Assembly (NCBI GenBank): GCA_049968255.1 | Contig: JBMFRB010000002.1 | Coordinates: 160,001 to 224,000, forward strand | Reading direction: 5' to 3' | DNA: 64,000 nt | Source: Candidatus Sumerlaeaceae bacterium | GTDB lineage: Bacteria; Sumerlaeota; Sumerlaeia; Sumerlaeales; Sumerlaeaceae | In this document: in pieces, positions 1 through 9,937 of the stretch | How positions within the stretch are numbered: position 1 is the first letter of the stretch | How the letters are laid out: the number at the start of each line of letters is the position of its first letter | Notes under the pieces: model-generated | Told to the model about the DNA's origin: nothing | Databases searched by the model: none | Seen by the model: the letters and a program-made list of their open reading frames with translations, nothing else | Program-made: the position numbers and the translations under genes

Positions 1-552
1 CTGGTTCCGATGCATCGGGGGCTTATCGGTGCGCAGAATCTCAATCGTGAACTTCAGATGCTACTCAATCCTCACGGAGCGACTCTCGAGCGGGGCGGAA
101 CGCTCTTTCGCATAGGGGATAAAGTGATGCAGGTGGCCAATGATTATGAAAAGAACGTCTTCAATGGCGACATTGGCATGATCGTGGGAATAGATCGGGA
201 CGAGCGCCTAATCAAAGTTCAGTTCGATCAGCGGATCGTTGTGTATGAATTTAGCGAGCTCGAGGAACTTGAACTTGCCTATGCAGTGACGGTCCACAAA
301 GCGCAGGGTAGTGAATATCCTGCAATCGTGATTCCACTGCACTTTACTCACTCGGTGATGCTGCACCGCAATTTGCTTTACACAGCAGTAACTCGCGGAC
401 GCCGGCTGGTGTGTCTCGTGGGACAATGGGGGGCTTTGCGCATGGCGGTCCAGAATATCCGAGAGACGCCCCGATTCTCGGCGTTGCACCTTCGGCTAAA
501 ACAACGTCTGGGTTCGCGGGAACTGCAGTCTCCCCAAGCGTCTAGCGCCTGA
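1..552 (+). CDS. recD2: ATP-dependent RecD-like DNA helicase (RecD2), C-terminal part; truncated by window start
   Basis: Frame open from base 1. Motifs FRIGDKVMQxxNDY, VFNGDIG, LAYAVTVHKAQGSEY and RNLLYTAVTR are typical of the SF1B RecD2 C-terminus. Confidence 0.93.
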   Translation: MVPMHRGLIGAQNLNRELQMLLNPHGATLERGGTLFRIGDKVMQVANDYEKNVFNGDIGMIVGIDRDERLIKVQFDQRIVVYEFSELEELELAYAVTVHKAQGSEYPAIVIPLHFTHSVMLHRNLLYTAVTRGRRLVCLVGQWGALRMAVQNIRETPRFSALHLRLKQRLGSRELQSPQASSA

Positions 553-856
553 GAAGCGAGCGCGAGAACGTGAGAAGTGTCCGTACGCCGTTGTGCCGGC
601 GAGCTCTAAACGGTGTGCGCAGAATTCGTCCAGCCGTGACAACGAGAGCTACCCCTGTCATGAGAGTTACGGCCAAAACAATGCTAAGACCAGCGAGAAA
701 CGCCGCTCCAACAATGCCAAGACCGGTTTGCATTTCTCTCGTGCGTGAGCGCTTATTTTCTGGCGCCTCGAAAGGGGTGGCCTCGACCTCGATTCGCTCA
801 GTGCGCGTACGCTTGCTTCGAGGGGCTGTGACCACGGCGTGTTTGGTCTCGCTCAT
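542..856 (-). CDS. Small hypothetical membrane protein
   Basis: 104-aa ORF with one long hydrophobic segment flanked by basic residues; fills the gap between recD2 and the HNH gene. Confidence 0.55.
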   Translation of the reverse strand: MSETKHAVVTAPRSKRTRTERIEVEATPFEAPENKRSRTREMQTGLGIVGAAFLAGLSIVLAVTLMTGVALVVTAGRILRTPFRARRHNGVRTLLTFSRSLLRR

Positions 857-1061
857 CGATCGTAGTTATCCGACACCGTGAACTTGAATTCGGCGAAATC
901 GACAAAAACTTTGCAGGTCCTAGGGTTGCGGCAAAAACCGAATGTGTCATAGTTGTGACTCTGTTCCGCCACGTTGTGCAAAGATGAATAAAGCACGGAT
1001 TCTTTTTTTACGAAAAATCAAAGAAAGGCAATAGTCCCCCCAGTGGGACACAGGCAAAAAA

Positions 1062-1664
1062 ATGCCGTGTAGTGTTCTCAATGAAAGTGTCCTAGTGTTA
1101 AATAGACACTGGGTTGCAGTCCACGTGACGAACGCACGTCGTGCCCTCGTCCTTCTCTACGCCGCACATGCCCGAGTGGTGACGGAGGACTACTCTACTC
1201 ACACCTTCGAAAGCTGGCGTGAGCTTTCGGCCGCCATGAACACGGTGAAAAAGATCATCACTCCAAGCTTTGAGATTGCCGTGCCAGAAGTTATTATGCT
1301 TACGGAGTTTAGCAAGTTTCCGCCACGCCACGTCAAGTTCTCGCGGCGTAACATTTATCTGCGGGACAATTTTACGTGCCAGTACTGTGGAGCTGTTCCC
1401 CCACGGGAAGAGCTGACAATCGACCACGTTATCCCGCGATCGCGTGGGGGGCGAACCGTGTGGGAGAACGTCGTTCTGGCGTGTGTCAAGTGCAATACGA
1501 TGAAGGGCAACCGTTTGCCAGAAGAAGCTGGACTTGTGTTGCGCACGAAGCCACGAAAACCTCACTGGTTGGCTTGCACAAGCTTCAATCTGCCATCGCA
1601 GCCCAGTTCTCTGTGGCAGCGTTTTCTCGATAATGCTTACTGGAATACACCGCTCCGGCCCTAA
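1062..1664 (+). CDS. HNH endonuclease (McrA-like / HNH_5 family)
   Basis: N-terminal VLVLN; FSRRNIYLRDNFTCQYCG...LTIDHVIPRSRGG...WENVVLACVKCNTMKGN gives CxxC-HNH-CxxC. Confidence 0.92.
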   Translation: MPCSVLNESVLVLNRHWVAVHVTNARRALVLLYAAHARVVTEDYSTHTFESWRELSAAMNTVKKIITPSFEIAVPEVIMLTEFSKFPPRHVKFSRRNIYLRDNFTCQYCGAVPPREELTIDHVIPRSRGGRTVWENVVLACVKCNTMKGNRLPEEAGLVLRTKPRKPHWLACTSFNLPSQPSSLWQRFLDNAYWNTPLRP

Positions 1665-1715
1665 GCAAGAACCTTGTTGATAGTGCTTGCGAAGGCCAGC
1701 CTGTGCAAGGTGCCC

Positions 1716-2993
1716 TCACTCACTGAGTTCTACAATCATAAACTGGGTTTTGCCCACTTTGAGTTTGTAGGTGCCAGCAACCAGAGGCATCCGTGCCGAC
1801 GACAACACAGCAGCGTTATCCAGAAGATCGATTGGTTGACATGGCGGCTGATCAAATACCTTGACGCCGCCTTGCTGCACAAGGCGTTGGGCCTCACGTG
1901 CCGACGATGCTGCACCAGTAGCGGTCAGGAGCTTGATGAGATTGGGTGCCTCCGATAGGCGCAAACGGTAGCGGTCGGCACTCTCCTCTGGAAAAAGCCG
2001 GAGGCTAAAACGAGCCCGGAATGCTTCCGCTTCGCGCTCGGCTGCCTCAGGACTATGATAGAGCGAGACGATTGTCTTTGCCAGCAGTTCTTTTGCGTCG
2101 CGGGGGTGCAATTCCCCAGATTTTACCCGTTCGCGAATGGCTTGTGTTTGCGCCGAAGAGAATCCCGCAGCTAATTGAAAATAATCCCACATGAGCTCAT
2201 CCGGAATGCTCATGGTTTTCCCAAACATGTCGCGCGGAGGCTCTGTGATTCCGATGTAGTTGCCTAGGCTTTTGCTCATTTTATTGACGCCGTCGAGCCC
2301 CACGAGCAGCGGCATGGTCATAACGCACTGAGCATCCATGCCAGCTTCACGCTGGAGAGTGCGTCCTACTAATAAATTAAATTTCTGATCTGTGCCACCC
2401 AGCTCAATGTCCGCGCGCACCGCAATTGAGTCGTACCCCTGCAGCAACGGATAGATGAATTCGTGGAGGTAAATGGGGACCTCGCGTTCGAAGCGGCGAT
2501 GGAAATCTTCGCGTTCGAGCATTTGCGAGACCGTAAATTTGCTCATGAGCTCGATCGTTGCGGAGACGTCCATTTTCTCAAGCCACGTGGAGTTGAAGAC
2601 GACTTCGGTTCGATCGCGGTCGAGAATTTTGAAAATCTGTTCTAAGTAGGTGCGTGCATTTTGGAGGACTTGCTCTTTGCTCAGGCGCGGACGTGTTGTG
2701 TTTTTGCCGCTTGGATCACCAATACGAGCCGTGTAATCGCCAATCAGAAAAACCACTTGATGACCAAGGTCCTGAAATTGCTTCAATTTTCGAATGGGCA
2801 CGCTGTGGCCGAGGTGGATGTCGGGGGCTGATGGGTCTGCACCGTATTTCACACGGAGAGGTCTGCTCTCGCGCTTCGAACGCAACAGCTTCTCAATAAA
2901 TTCCTCAGAGGGGAGAATCTCGACAGTGTTGGAAGCCAAAATCTCGTATTCTTCGCGAATTTCGTCGGGAATGACCAGCGTTGTCTCACTCAT
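1716..2993 (-). CDS. tyrS: Tyrosine--tRNA ligase
   Basis: GADPSAPDIHLGH (HIGH), YPLLQGYD, GGTDQKFN, KMSKS; S4-like C-terminus. Confidence 0.97.
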   Translation of the reverse strand: MSETTLVIPDEIREEYEILASNTVEILPSEEFIEKLLRSKRESRPLRVKYGADPSAPDIHLGHSVPIRKLKQFQDLGHQVVFLIGDYTARIGDPSGKNTTRPRLSKEQVLQNARTYLEQIFKILDRDRTEVVFNSTWLEKMDVSATIELMSKFTVSQMLEREDFHRRFEREVPIYLHEFIYPLLQGYDSIAVRADIELGGTDQKFNLLVGRTLQREAGMDAQCVMTMPLLVGLDGVNKMSKSLGNYIGITEPPRDMFGKTMSIPDELMWDYFQLAAGFSSAQTQAIRERVKSGELHPRDAKELLAKTIVSLYHSPEAAEREAEAFRARFSLRLFPEESADRYRLRLSEAPNLIKLLTATGAASSAREAQRLVQQGGVKVFDQPPCQPIDLLDNAAVLSSARMPLVAGTYKLKVGKTQFMIVELSE

Positions 2994-3161
2994 AGCGATT
3001 TGCCCTTATGGACGTTAGACTCTGAAATCAATAGCAGAGTTCGCTTTTTGTTTGGATGTAACCCCCCCGACGGCAAAAGGCATGCCCCAGGGCATTCGCT
3101 TGCGGCAAACGGGGTGCCTGTGGGTGGCCCATAAGTGCATTCTGAATGCTAGCGAGCCAAC

Positions 3162-4748
3162 CTAAGCTTTCCCTAAGATGGCGATTAGTTGTTCGGGCGT
3201 GTGAGCGTCTACAAAGTCGCGGAACGATTCACCATTTTGGGCCCATGCTTCGAACGCTTTACACAGACGAACCAGGGTTGGAGCCAAGGCCGACGCTGGC
3301 ACCTTGCGCATAATAGTCTCAGCAAATCGGGGCTGCGCGCCGGTTCCACCGCCGAGTTGGATGTCGTAAACCTCCACGGGTTGACCTTCAACTTTGGTCA
3401 GGCCGCCGCGCAACCCAATGTCGGCGATGGCAGTCTGGCCGCAGTTATTGGGGCAGCCACTTATGTGGATCCTCAACTTCCGGTGAAAGTTTGGCAAGGC
3501 TTCCTCAAGCTTACGCGAGAGTTCGATGGATAAAGCTTTAGTCTCAGTGATGGCGAGGTTGCAGAACTCGGTTCCGGTGCAGGCTACCATATAGCGCCGG
3601 AAGCTACTTGGTCGAGGAGAAAATCCCAGCGCCTCGAGGTCATGAACAACATGGGGGATGTTGTCTTTGGGAATATGCGTAATAATGAAATTTTGCTTAT
3701 TTGTGTTGCGAAGAGTGGCGTGAGTCGAGTACTGGTCCACAATGTCCGCCAGGCGCAGGAGTCTATCAGCTGAAGTCCGGCCCGACGTGACACCCACTCC
3801 AACGTAGTAGAGGCCGTCCTGTTTTTGCGGATGAATGCCGAGATGATCGTCTTCTGTGTCGGCAGGTGGGGGCGGCGCGGTGTAACGTTCGAGCTGGTAG
3901 CCAAGCTTATTTTCCAAAAGGCGCAAAAAACCTTCCGCACCGATGCCTATTTTCGGATCGTGGATTAGGAACTTGAGTCGAGCTTTTCCACGATCTTCGC
4001 GCAGCACGTCGCTATCACGGAAAATCGTAGTGATTTCGCGCACGACGTCAAAAACTTGATCGTAAGAGAGAAACACATTGAGATCAGCGGCAAAATAGGG
4101 GCGTGTTGACAGCCCGCCACCCACCATGAGGCCAAAACCGAACTCGTAGCGATTGCCAACTTTCCGCTCGATGCCATATAATCCTACGTCGTTAATCTGC
4201 GGTTGGGCGCATCTCTGTCGGCACCCTGCGATCGAAATTTTGTACTTACGGGGGAGATTGGAAAACTCTTTGTTGCCCGTGAGGTAGGTGCTGATGCGCT
4301 TCACCAAGGGGCTTGCGTCGCAGATCTCCGTGCCGTCGATCCCTGCAATAGGGCAGCCGACAACGTTACGGGTCACGTCGCCGCATGCACCAACGGTGTG
4401 CAGTCCCACTCGTTGCAGCCGGTGGAAGATCTCGGGCACATTCTCGATCCGGATCCAGTGAAGTTGGTAGTTTTGGCGTGTCGTGATATCAACTAACCCT
4501 CTTCCGAACTCCTGGGCGATGGCGGCTACCTCGCGGACCTGATTTGCCAACAGATCGCCGTTGGGAATCTTGACCCGAAGCATGAAATAACCATTTTTGG
4601 GTTTTTGCTGATACAATCCATACCACCGGAAGAGATCGACGTACTCGCGATCCATTTTCTCGAACCCAGCCGCGGCGGCTCGAATGATATCTTCCAAAAC
4701 GTCCAAGCCGTCCTTCTGTCTTTTTAGGTGTTCAACAGTCGTAGCCAT
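3162..4748 (-). CDS. Siroheme nitrite/sulfite reductase (ferredoxin-dependent NirA/Sir/CysI type)
   Basis: FMLRVKIPNG, DITTRQNYQLH, LPRKYKISI; siroheme-[4Fe-4S] ligand motifs ACTGTEFCNLA and SGCPNNCGQ. Confidence 0.93.
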   Translation of the reverse strand: MATTVEHLKRQKDGLDVLEDIIRAAAAGFEKMDREYVDLFRWYGLYQQKPKNGYFMLRVKIPNGDLLANQVREVAAIAQEFGRGLVDITTRQNYQLHWIRIENVPEIFHRLQRVGLHTVGACGDVTRNVVGCPIAGIDGTEICDASPLVKRISTYLTGNKEFSNLPRKYKISIAGCRQRCAQPQINDVGLYGIERKVGNRYEFGFGLMVGGGLSTRPYFAADLNVFLSYDQVFDVVREITTIFRDSDVLREDRGKARLKFLIHDPKIGIGAEGFLRLLENKLGYQLERYTAPPPPADTEDDHLGIHPQKQDGLYYVGVGVTSGRTSADRLLRLADIVDQYSTHATLRNTNKQNFIITHIPKDNIPHVVHDLEALGFSPRPSSFRRYMVACTGTEFCNLAITETKALSIELSRKLEEALPNFHRKLRIHISGCPNNCGQTAIADIGLRGGLTKVEGQPVEVYDIQLGGGTGAQPRFAETIMRKVPASALAPTLVRLCKAFEAWAQNGESFRDFVDAHTPEQLIAILGKA

Positions 4749-4942
4749 TGTGAATTTCCCTATATATCCAGTAGATTATTAGTTTATTATTCCAGACAAA
4801 TCGTCTTATTCGTTCACACTGGAGGTGCTTAAGCAAAACCGCCAACGTACGCGGCTTCATGTCGCGCCACGATTTAGTTGTCTGCTCGGGCTCGGAAAAA
4901 GTGCAGCGGCCCCGTCGCGAGGTTTTTCGTAGGGGGACCTTT

Positions 4943-6661
4943 TCACTTCACATATTCGCTAATCACGCTGCGGACAATTGGGTTGCGTGCCAGGGCCTCG
5001 GAAGCCTCCGAATACGAGAAACGTCCCGTAGCCAACAGAAGGGCTTTGGGTACAACCTTTTCCACATTTTTGGCGATCTCAATACACAAGCTAATGGAAG
5101 CTTCCCGCTGCGCCTCTGTTAGCTCATCTGTTTGGAAAATGGACTTCAGCAGAGCTTCCAAAGCTTCCTCCGCGGACACCCCCATAAGGTCCGTGATGAT
5201 CGAAATTGTCCGATGAAAAAGTTTATTATTGGAAATACGCAGGTCAACCATGCGGTTTCCAAAAACTTTCCCCGCCAAAATATGCCCACCAGTCGTCGTT
5301 GCGTTCAGCACAAGCTTAATGGCCATTTCGAGAGGAGCGACGCCGAGGTGTGGATGAACGGAAATTGGTAAGTTTACCACGATGTCCGCTTCGGGTGGCT
5401 CCCCGCTCCAGTGAAGGCCAGCCATATGTGCACCACTGCGGCGAATGTCTTCAAGTAGATTGTGACTATCGGCGGGCTTACCTATGAAAATGCAAAGATC
5501 ATCCTCTTTGAGCTTCGGGAGTTTGTTCCGTCGAAAATCATCAAGCGAAACCTGGTAATGAGCGGCTCGCGAAGACAAATCGACCGACCCATCGGGGAAG
5601 AGGCATCTCCAACCACTTTCAACGAAGCCGCGCACGTCTTCGAAATCTGCTCCGAAGGTCGGGGGGCACTCGGATGCATCAATTAGGCCTAAAATTCCTC
5701 CATCTACCGCTGCGTACTCACCCGCATTGAGCCGCATCCGTCCTGCATTCCCGAGGTAGTAGATGTGGCATTTCTTGCGGAGTGCGTTTCCGCCCCACGC
5801 GATGAGCTGTGCGATTTTGTCAGCTTCTAAATAGGTTGTACGATATGCAGTTTCGTATTCCCGCAGGCACTGCAACACATACGCATCGAGGTCCTCTTCG
5901 TGCAGACCGCCTTTTAGCAGCTGGAATGCGCTAGAGAAAACAATTTCCAACACAATCTTTGTCGCAGTGCCGCTTTTCATGCGGGTGGAGCCCGTGATGG
6001 GCTCGGGGCCAACGATGGGATTCAGAATGGTGCCGTTTGGTGCCCCTGCCACCTTTTCTGCCGTAGCCTTGAACGAAAATGGCCAACCTTCCACCGGTGT
6101 TGAGCGGGCTAAGTCGACTGGATTGAAACCAACGAGTACGGCATGCCAGTTTCGGGTTTCGAGCGCGAGTTCAAGTTGACCCGCAATGTAGGGTGCGCTG
6201 AAACCGCACGTGATCCCAAAATAAAGCACGCGTGGCGCACCCTGCGCTAATTGTCTCAGTTCTTGTTGCGCTTTGTAAGGATCGTCTTCAGCTCCCTCTT
6301 GCGCTTGAATAAGTGCGGGTGGGCCGCCAGCAATCAGGAAGCGGAAAGGTTCGTAGCCAAGCGCACGCCATGCCGTGTTGAACTCGCGTGCAAGAAACAT
6401 CGCAAGGCGCCCACTCGTCCCGGCCCCACTCAAGACAATCACATTTTTCTGATCAGAGCAAAAGTCACGCACGAGCTTTGCGCTGCGCGCCATAGCGTCG
6501 ATGCAAGGCCGATCGTAGAAGCCGGCATAAGTACTGTAGCCTGCAAAAATCTGGGCGTCGGTTTGCCTAAGCAGCCGCACAATCCCGACGGGCGGAGCTA
6601 AATCAATATCAGTCGTCAATGGATTTGGTGTCTCTGTGAGCGACCGCAGTTTGCGCTCCAT
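4943..6661 (-). CDS. Glucokinase regulatory protein (GKRP)-like double-SIS protein, MurQ etherase superfamily
   Basis: About 572 aa from the ATG at 6661. Motifs LTETPNPLT, SGAGTSGRL, LIAGG, EGAED, VGPEPITGSTRMKSGTATK, DASECPPTFG, GKVFGNRMVDLRISNNKL. Confidence 0.85.
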   Translation of the reverse strand: MERKLRSLTETPNPLTTDIDLAPPVGIVRLLRQTDAQIFAGYSTYAGFYDRPCIDAMARSAKLVRDFCSDQKNVIVLSGAGTSGRLAMFLAREFNTAWRALGYEPFRFLIAGGPPALIQAQEGAEDDPYKAQQELRQLAQGAPRVLYFGITCGFSAPYIAGQLELALETRNWHAVLVGFNPVDLARSTPVEGWPFSFKATAEKVAGAPNGTILNPIVGPEPITGSTRMKSGTATKIVLEIVFSSAFQLLKGGLHEEDLDAYVLQCLREYETAYRTTYLEADKIAQLIAWGGNALRKKCHIYYLGNAGRMRLNAGEYAAVDGGILGLIDASECPPTFGADFEDVRGFVESGWRCLFPDGSVDLSSRAAHYQVSLDDFRRNKLPKLKEDDLCIFIGKPADSHNLLEDIRRSGAHMAGLHWSGEPPEADIVVNLPISVHPHLGVAPLEMAIKLVLNATTTGGHILAGKVFGNRMVDLRISNNKLFHRTISIITDLMGVSAEEALEALLKSIFQTDELTEAQREASISLCIEIAKNVEKVVPKALLLATGRFSYSEASEALARNPIVRSVISEYVK

Positions 6662-6771
6662 TTTACCCTTTCCCCTTCCCATTTTTTGGCAAGTCGTCGC
6701 TTGGAAGTGCGCCAGCAAACGTCTCTTTTCCCAAGCTGCGGGCTCCAACCGTGCGCGCTCAGAAACGTCTT

Positions 6772-7824
6772 TCAACGAAGAAAAACAGGGACAGATACAT
6801 CGCTCCAATACGTGCCATCTTCTCTTACGGGGGCGATAGCTAGTGCAAAGACGTTGGATTCATCTGGTGTCGTGCTCCAAAAGCGAGCGCCAGCCCGTGC
6901 TCCAGCGAAGCTAATGGTGCTGACAAAATTCCCATTCTTGTCGACGGCAATTTTTTGAGCCCAGACCGGCACTCCACCATCTGGCGGCATTAGGTACACG
7001 ACAATTTGCCGGCAACTGCGCGAGACCTTTCCCGCGAGAACATAGATGGCGTCGCACCTGAGTTTCACGGAAATGAGAGAGCTTTGCGTGACATGAATAG
7101 CATTCGTAGTAAACACCTGATGAGGGAAGGGTGAATCACCCGGAAAGCTGTAGGCACTCTCGAGAGCATTCTGAGAGAAGTACTCCTTTCCTTCCTCCGG
7201 CACACCGTCTGGGCAATCTACGAACCTCGCAGGAAGTGATTGTCCTACGGCATTCTGCACCTGGAAATGTAAATGCGGTTTAGTGGAGTAGCCAGTGTTG
7301 CCGCTTTTGGCGATCGGCTGCCCGCGACACACGATGTCGCCTTCCCGCACGAGTGCCGAGTGGGCCTTTAGATGCAAATACTGGCTAAAAATGCCATGGC
7401 CGTGATCAATGATGATTCGATTAGCTCGGGTGCGCCCTTTTGGATCAAACGTCGGAGCAGTGTAACTTTGCTGAACGCACACCACTCGACCGCCCGCTGC
7501 GGCACAAACGGTTTCTCCCTCCGGTAAGTCAAAATCCCAAGCGTAGTGATTGAAGCCATAATGGCTGAAGCGCCCACCAAAACCCTGAATCACACGAAAT
7601 GCTTTTCCTTTCTCGTACGGTAGGCAAAACATGATCCCACTAGTAGCGACGTCGCACAGGTCAGTTGAAGCCACGTCGGCATCTTGCGCTCCTGCCCAAG
7701 GCGCGTAGCTCCACACGACCACAAGAAGCCAGGTCTGGATCACGCGCACGCAAGGACGTTTGTTACGCCAAAATTTGCAGAGAAAAGCCTTTGTCATTAT
7801 CTGTCCTAGGATACCAAAGCCCAC
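6772..7824 (-). CDS. M23 family metallopeptidase, probably exported (start uncertain)
   Basis: HYAWDFD (HxxxD), YLHL, GNTGYSTKPHLHFQV (HxH); hydrophobic signal-like segment. Confidence 0.88.
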   Translation of the reverse strand: MGFGILGQIMTKAFLCKFWRNKRPCVRVIQTWLLVVVWSYAPWAGAQDADVASTDLCDVATSGIMFCLPYEKGKAFRVIQGFGGRFSHYGFNHYAWDFDLPEGETVCAAAGGRVVCVQQSYTAPTFDPKGRTRANRIIIDHGHGIFSQYLHLKAHSALVREGDIVCRGQPIAKSGNTGYSTKPHLHFQVQNAVGQSLPARFVDCPDGVPEEGKEYFSQNALESAYSFPGDSPFPHQVFTTNAIHVTQSSLISVKLRCDAIYVLAGKVSRSCRQIVVYLMPPDGGVPVWAQKIAVDKNGNFVSTISFAGARAGARFWSTTPDESNVFALAIAPVREDGTYWSDVSVPVFLR

Positions 7825-7996
7825 CCCTGATTCAACTCGATCCTTGCCGCAGAACCTGCCAGAGGATTGGCGATCCTCTTTGTCGTTTGGTGCTGGGCTC
7901 CATCAGGCGCGAGCATCGCGTAGCCAAGCTTGCTTGAGCGCTGTCCTTGAAACTTGTTTGATTTCCCTGTTTTAGCAGGGGATTTTACGTGAGCAG

Positions 7997-9055
7997 ATGT
8001 TTACGCAAATTCTATCGCAACCCGAAGTTGTGGCCGTTGCTGTCAGTGCAAGTGTTTGCTACGTTGCTACCTGGATTGTCCGGGGAGCCATGTGGCGTTT
8101 GGGCGTTCTGGACATCCCCACTGGCGAGCGAAAGCGCCATCGCTACCCTGTGCCTTATGAAGGGGGCGTTGCCATGTATCTGGGGTTCATCTCCGGCCTT
8201 GTTTCGTACGCACTCATGGATTGCTCGGCGCTATTGTGGTACGACGTCGCTAAAGCCCTTGTCATTGGCGCCACAGCCAGCACTGCGATTGGGGTGATTG
8301 ACGATGTCCTGGATCTTCGCCCGTGGGCTAAGTTTATTGCCCAGCTCTTCATTGGAGTGCTTATGTATCATTTCGGCTTCCGGATCGAACGGATCAGCAA
8401 TCCCTTCGGCAACGAAGTCAGTGTCATGGGTGGAGTGAGTTTGCTTGGGACGGTGCTGTGGTACGCGCTTCTTATGAATGGGATAAATATGATAGATGGA
8501 GTTGATGGCTTAGCGGCTGGCATCGTGGCAATCTCAGGCGCGACGCTTGGTCTTATTGCGCTGGATCTTCAACAACCCGTGGCAGCAGTGGTTGCGTTCA
8601 TTTTGAGCGCCGTCTGCCTTGGGTTTCTTCCTCACAATTTTTATCCCGCGCGAATTTTCATGGGTGATGCTGGCAGCTTGTTGCTTGGCTTTCTTCTGGC
8701 TTCCCTCACTCTCATGTCGAGCAGTAAAACGCCAGCGGTCCTCACACTGGCGGTCCCAATTGTAGCCGTCTGCCTTCCGCTTTTTGAGACGCTCTTTGCT
8801 TTTGCTCGACGGGTGGCAAAGGGCCAGCATCCTTTCAAAGGAGATCGCAGCCACCTGCATCACCGGTTTTTGGATTTGGGATTTACCGAGCGCCGCACTG
8901 TCCTTATTCTCTACTATCTCACGGCCTACGTCGGCGTCATTGCCTACGTGTTGCAAAAACTCGATTCGCGTCTGACTCTGCTCATGGCCTTTTTCCTTGG
9001 GCTGGGTCTCTATCTGCTCGCGGAGAGCTTGGCGTTTCTGCGGCGCCGCAGTTAG
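7997..9055 (+). CDS. Undecaprenyl-phosphate GlcNAc-1-phosphate transferase (WecA/TagO, Glycos_transf_4 family)
   Basis: Polytopic membrane protein with GVIDD, NMIDGVDGLA, IFMGDAGS, DRSHLHHR. Confidence 0.92.
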   Translation: MFTQILSQPEVVAVAVSASVCYVATWIVRGAMWRLGVLDIPTGERKRHRYPVPYEGGVAMYLGFISGLVSYALMDCSALLWYDVAKALVIGATASTAIGVIDDVLDLRPWAKFIAQLFIGVLMYHFGFRIERISNPFGNEVSVMGGVSLLGTVLWYALLMNGINMIDGVDGLAAGIVAISGATLGLIALDLQQPVAAVVAFILSAVCLGFLPHNFYPARIFMGDAGSLLLGFLLASLTLMSSSKTPAVLTLAVPIVAVCLPLFETLFAFARRVAKGQHPFKGDRSHLHHRFLDLGFTERRTVLILYYLTAYVGVIAYVLQKLDSRLTLLMAFFLGLGLYLLAESLAFLRRRS

Positions 9056-9067
9056 CCGGTTGTTCGC

Positions 9068-9775
9068 TCAGCGTTTCTTGCGGCGCATGGTTTTCAGGCG
9101 CTCCCAAGCGTCCAGACGCCGTTGAATTGGCGCTGCGATTTTAGAATTTAACTCGTCAATATGCTCTTTGATCCTCGTACGGTCATCGAGCCGCTGAACC
9201 TGTATCGGCTGATGATAGGTGACGATGATCGGTCGGAACCAACGTGGCAAAAAATTGTGTCGTGGCCAAGCCTCGAATGCGCCGACTATCGAAACCGGCA
9301 CAATCGTCGCACCTGTTGCGAGTGCAAGCCGTGCTACACCGGGCTCAAACGGGCAAAGACGCCCCGCCGCACTCCGGCCACCTTCGGGAAAAATGAGCAC
9401 AACCTCATTGTTCTTTAGCACTTTCAGTGTTTCAACAATTGCGCTCTTATCTGGAGCCTCCTGCTTCACCGGAAACGCACCGTAGAGACTTATAAACCAA
9501 CCCAAGATCGGCACTCGGAACAATGGCTCCATGGCCATGAATCGCATGCGGTAAGGGATCCCGGCAGGAATCACGCATGCATCATAATAGGAAACGTGAT
9601 TTGGTGCAATGATCGCAGGACCATGCTGTGGCAAACTGTCCTGCCTACGGTAGCGGAGAAAGTGAAAGATGCGAAAATAAACAATAAAACAAATTCGCGT
9701 TATCTCCCAAAGAAGATTTGTCCGGAGAATATCGCCTTTCGGTCGGGCCAGCCCTGGCATGAGTTTCTTCATCAT
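9068..9775 (-). CDS. plsC: 1-acyl-sn-glycerol-3-phosphate acyltransferase
   Basis: NHVSYYD (HX4D), GAFPV, IFPEGGRS, IVPV; start placed at the ATG at 9775. Confidence 0.88.
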   Translation of the reverse strand: MMKKLMPGLARPKGDILRTNLLWEITRICFIVYFRIFHFLRYRRQDSLPQHGPAIIAPNHVSYYDACVIPAGIPYRMRFMAMEPLFRVPILGWFISLYGAFPVKQEAPDKSAIVETLKVLKNNEVVLIFPEGGRSAAGRLCPFEPGVARLALATGATIVPVSIVGAFEAWPRHNFLPRWFRPIIVTYHQPIQVQRLDDRTRIKEHIDELNSKIAAPIQRRLDAWERLKTMRRKKR

Positions 9776-9937
9776 TGTTCGTTCAGATGTCCGCCTGGTT
9801 TTTGCGCTTTGTGCACCTTTTGAAATTGCGTACTTATTTCGTCGTATACTAGAGGTTGTTCTTAGTTTTGCAAGGCCGCAGGGCAGTATCGACATGCGGA
9901 CCATTGTCACATGTGGTTAGGAGCAAAGACCTAGGAT

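Noticed and set aside
857-1664. HNH gene as an RNA-guided (IscB/HEARO-type) or mobile nuclease
   Set aside because: It is a short stand-alone McrA-like HNH with no RuvC motifs, transposon ends or large structured RNA; only a small hairpin near 1034-1049.
2994-3161. Possible T-box leader upstream of tyrS
   Set aside because: No T-box consensus or specifier stem found; only a generic GC-rich hairpin.
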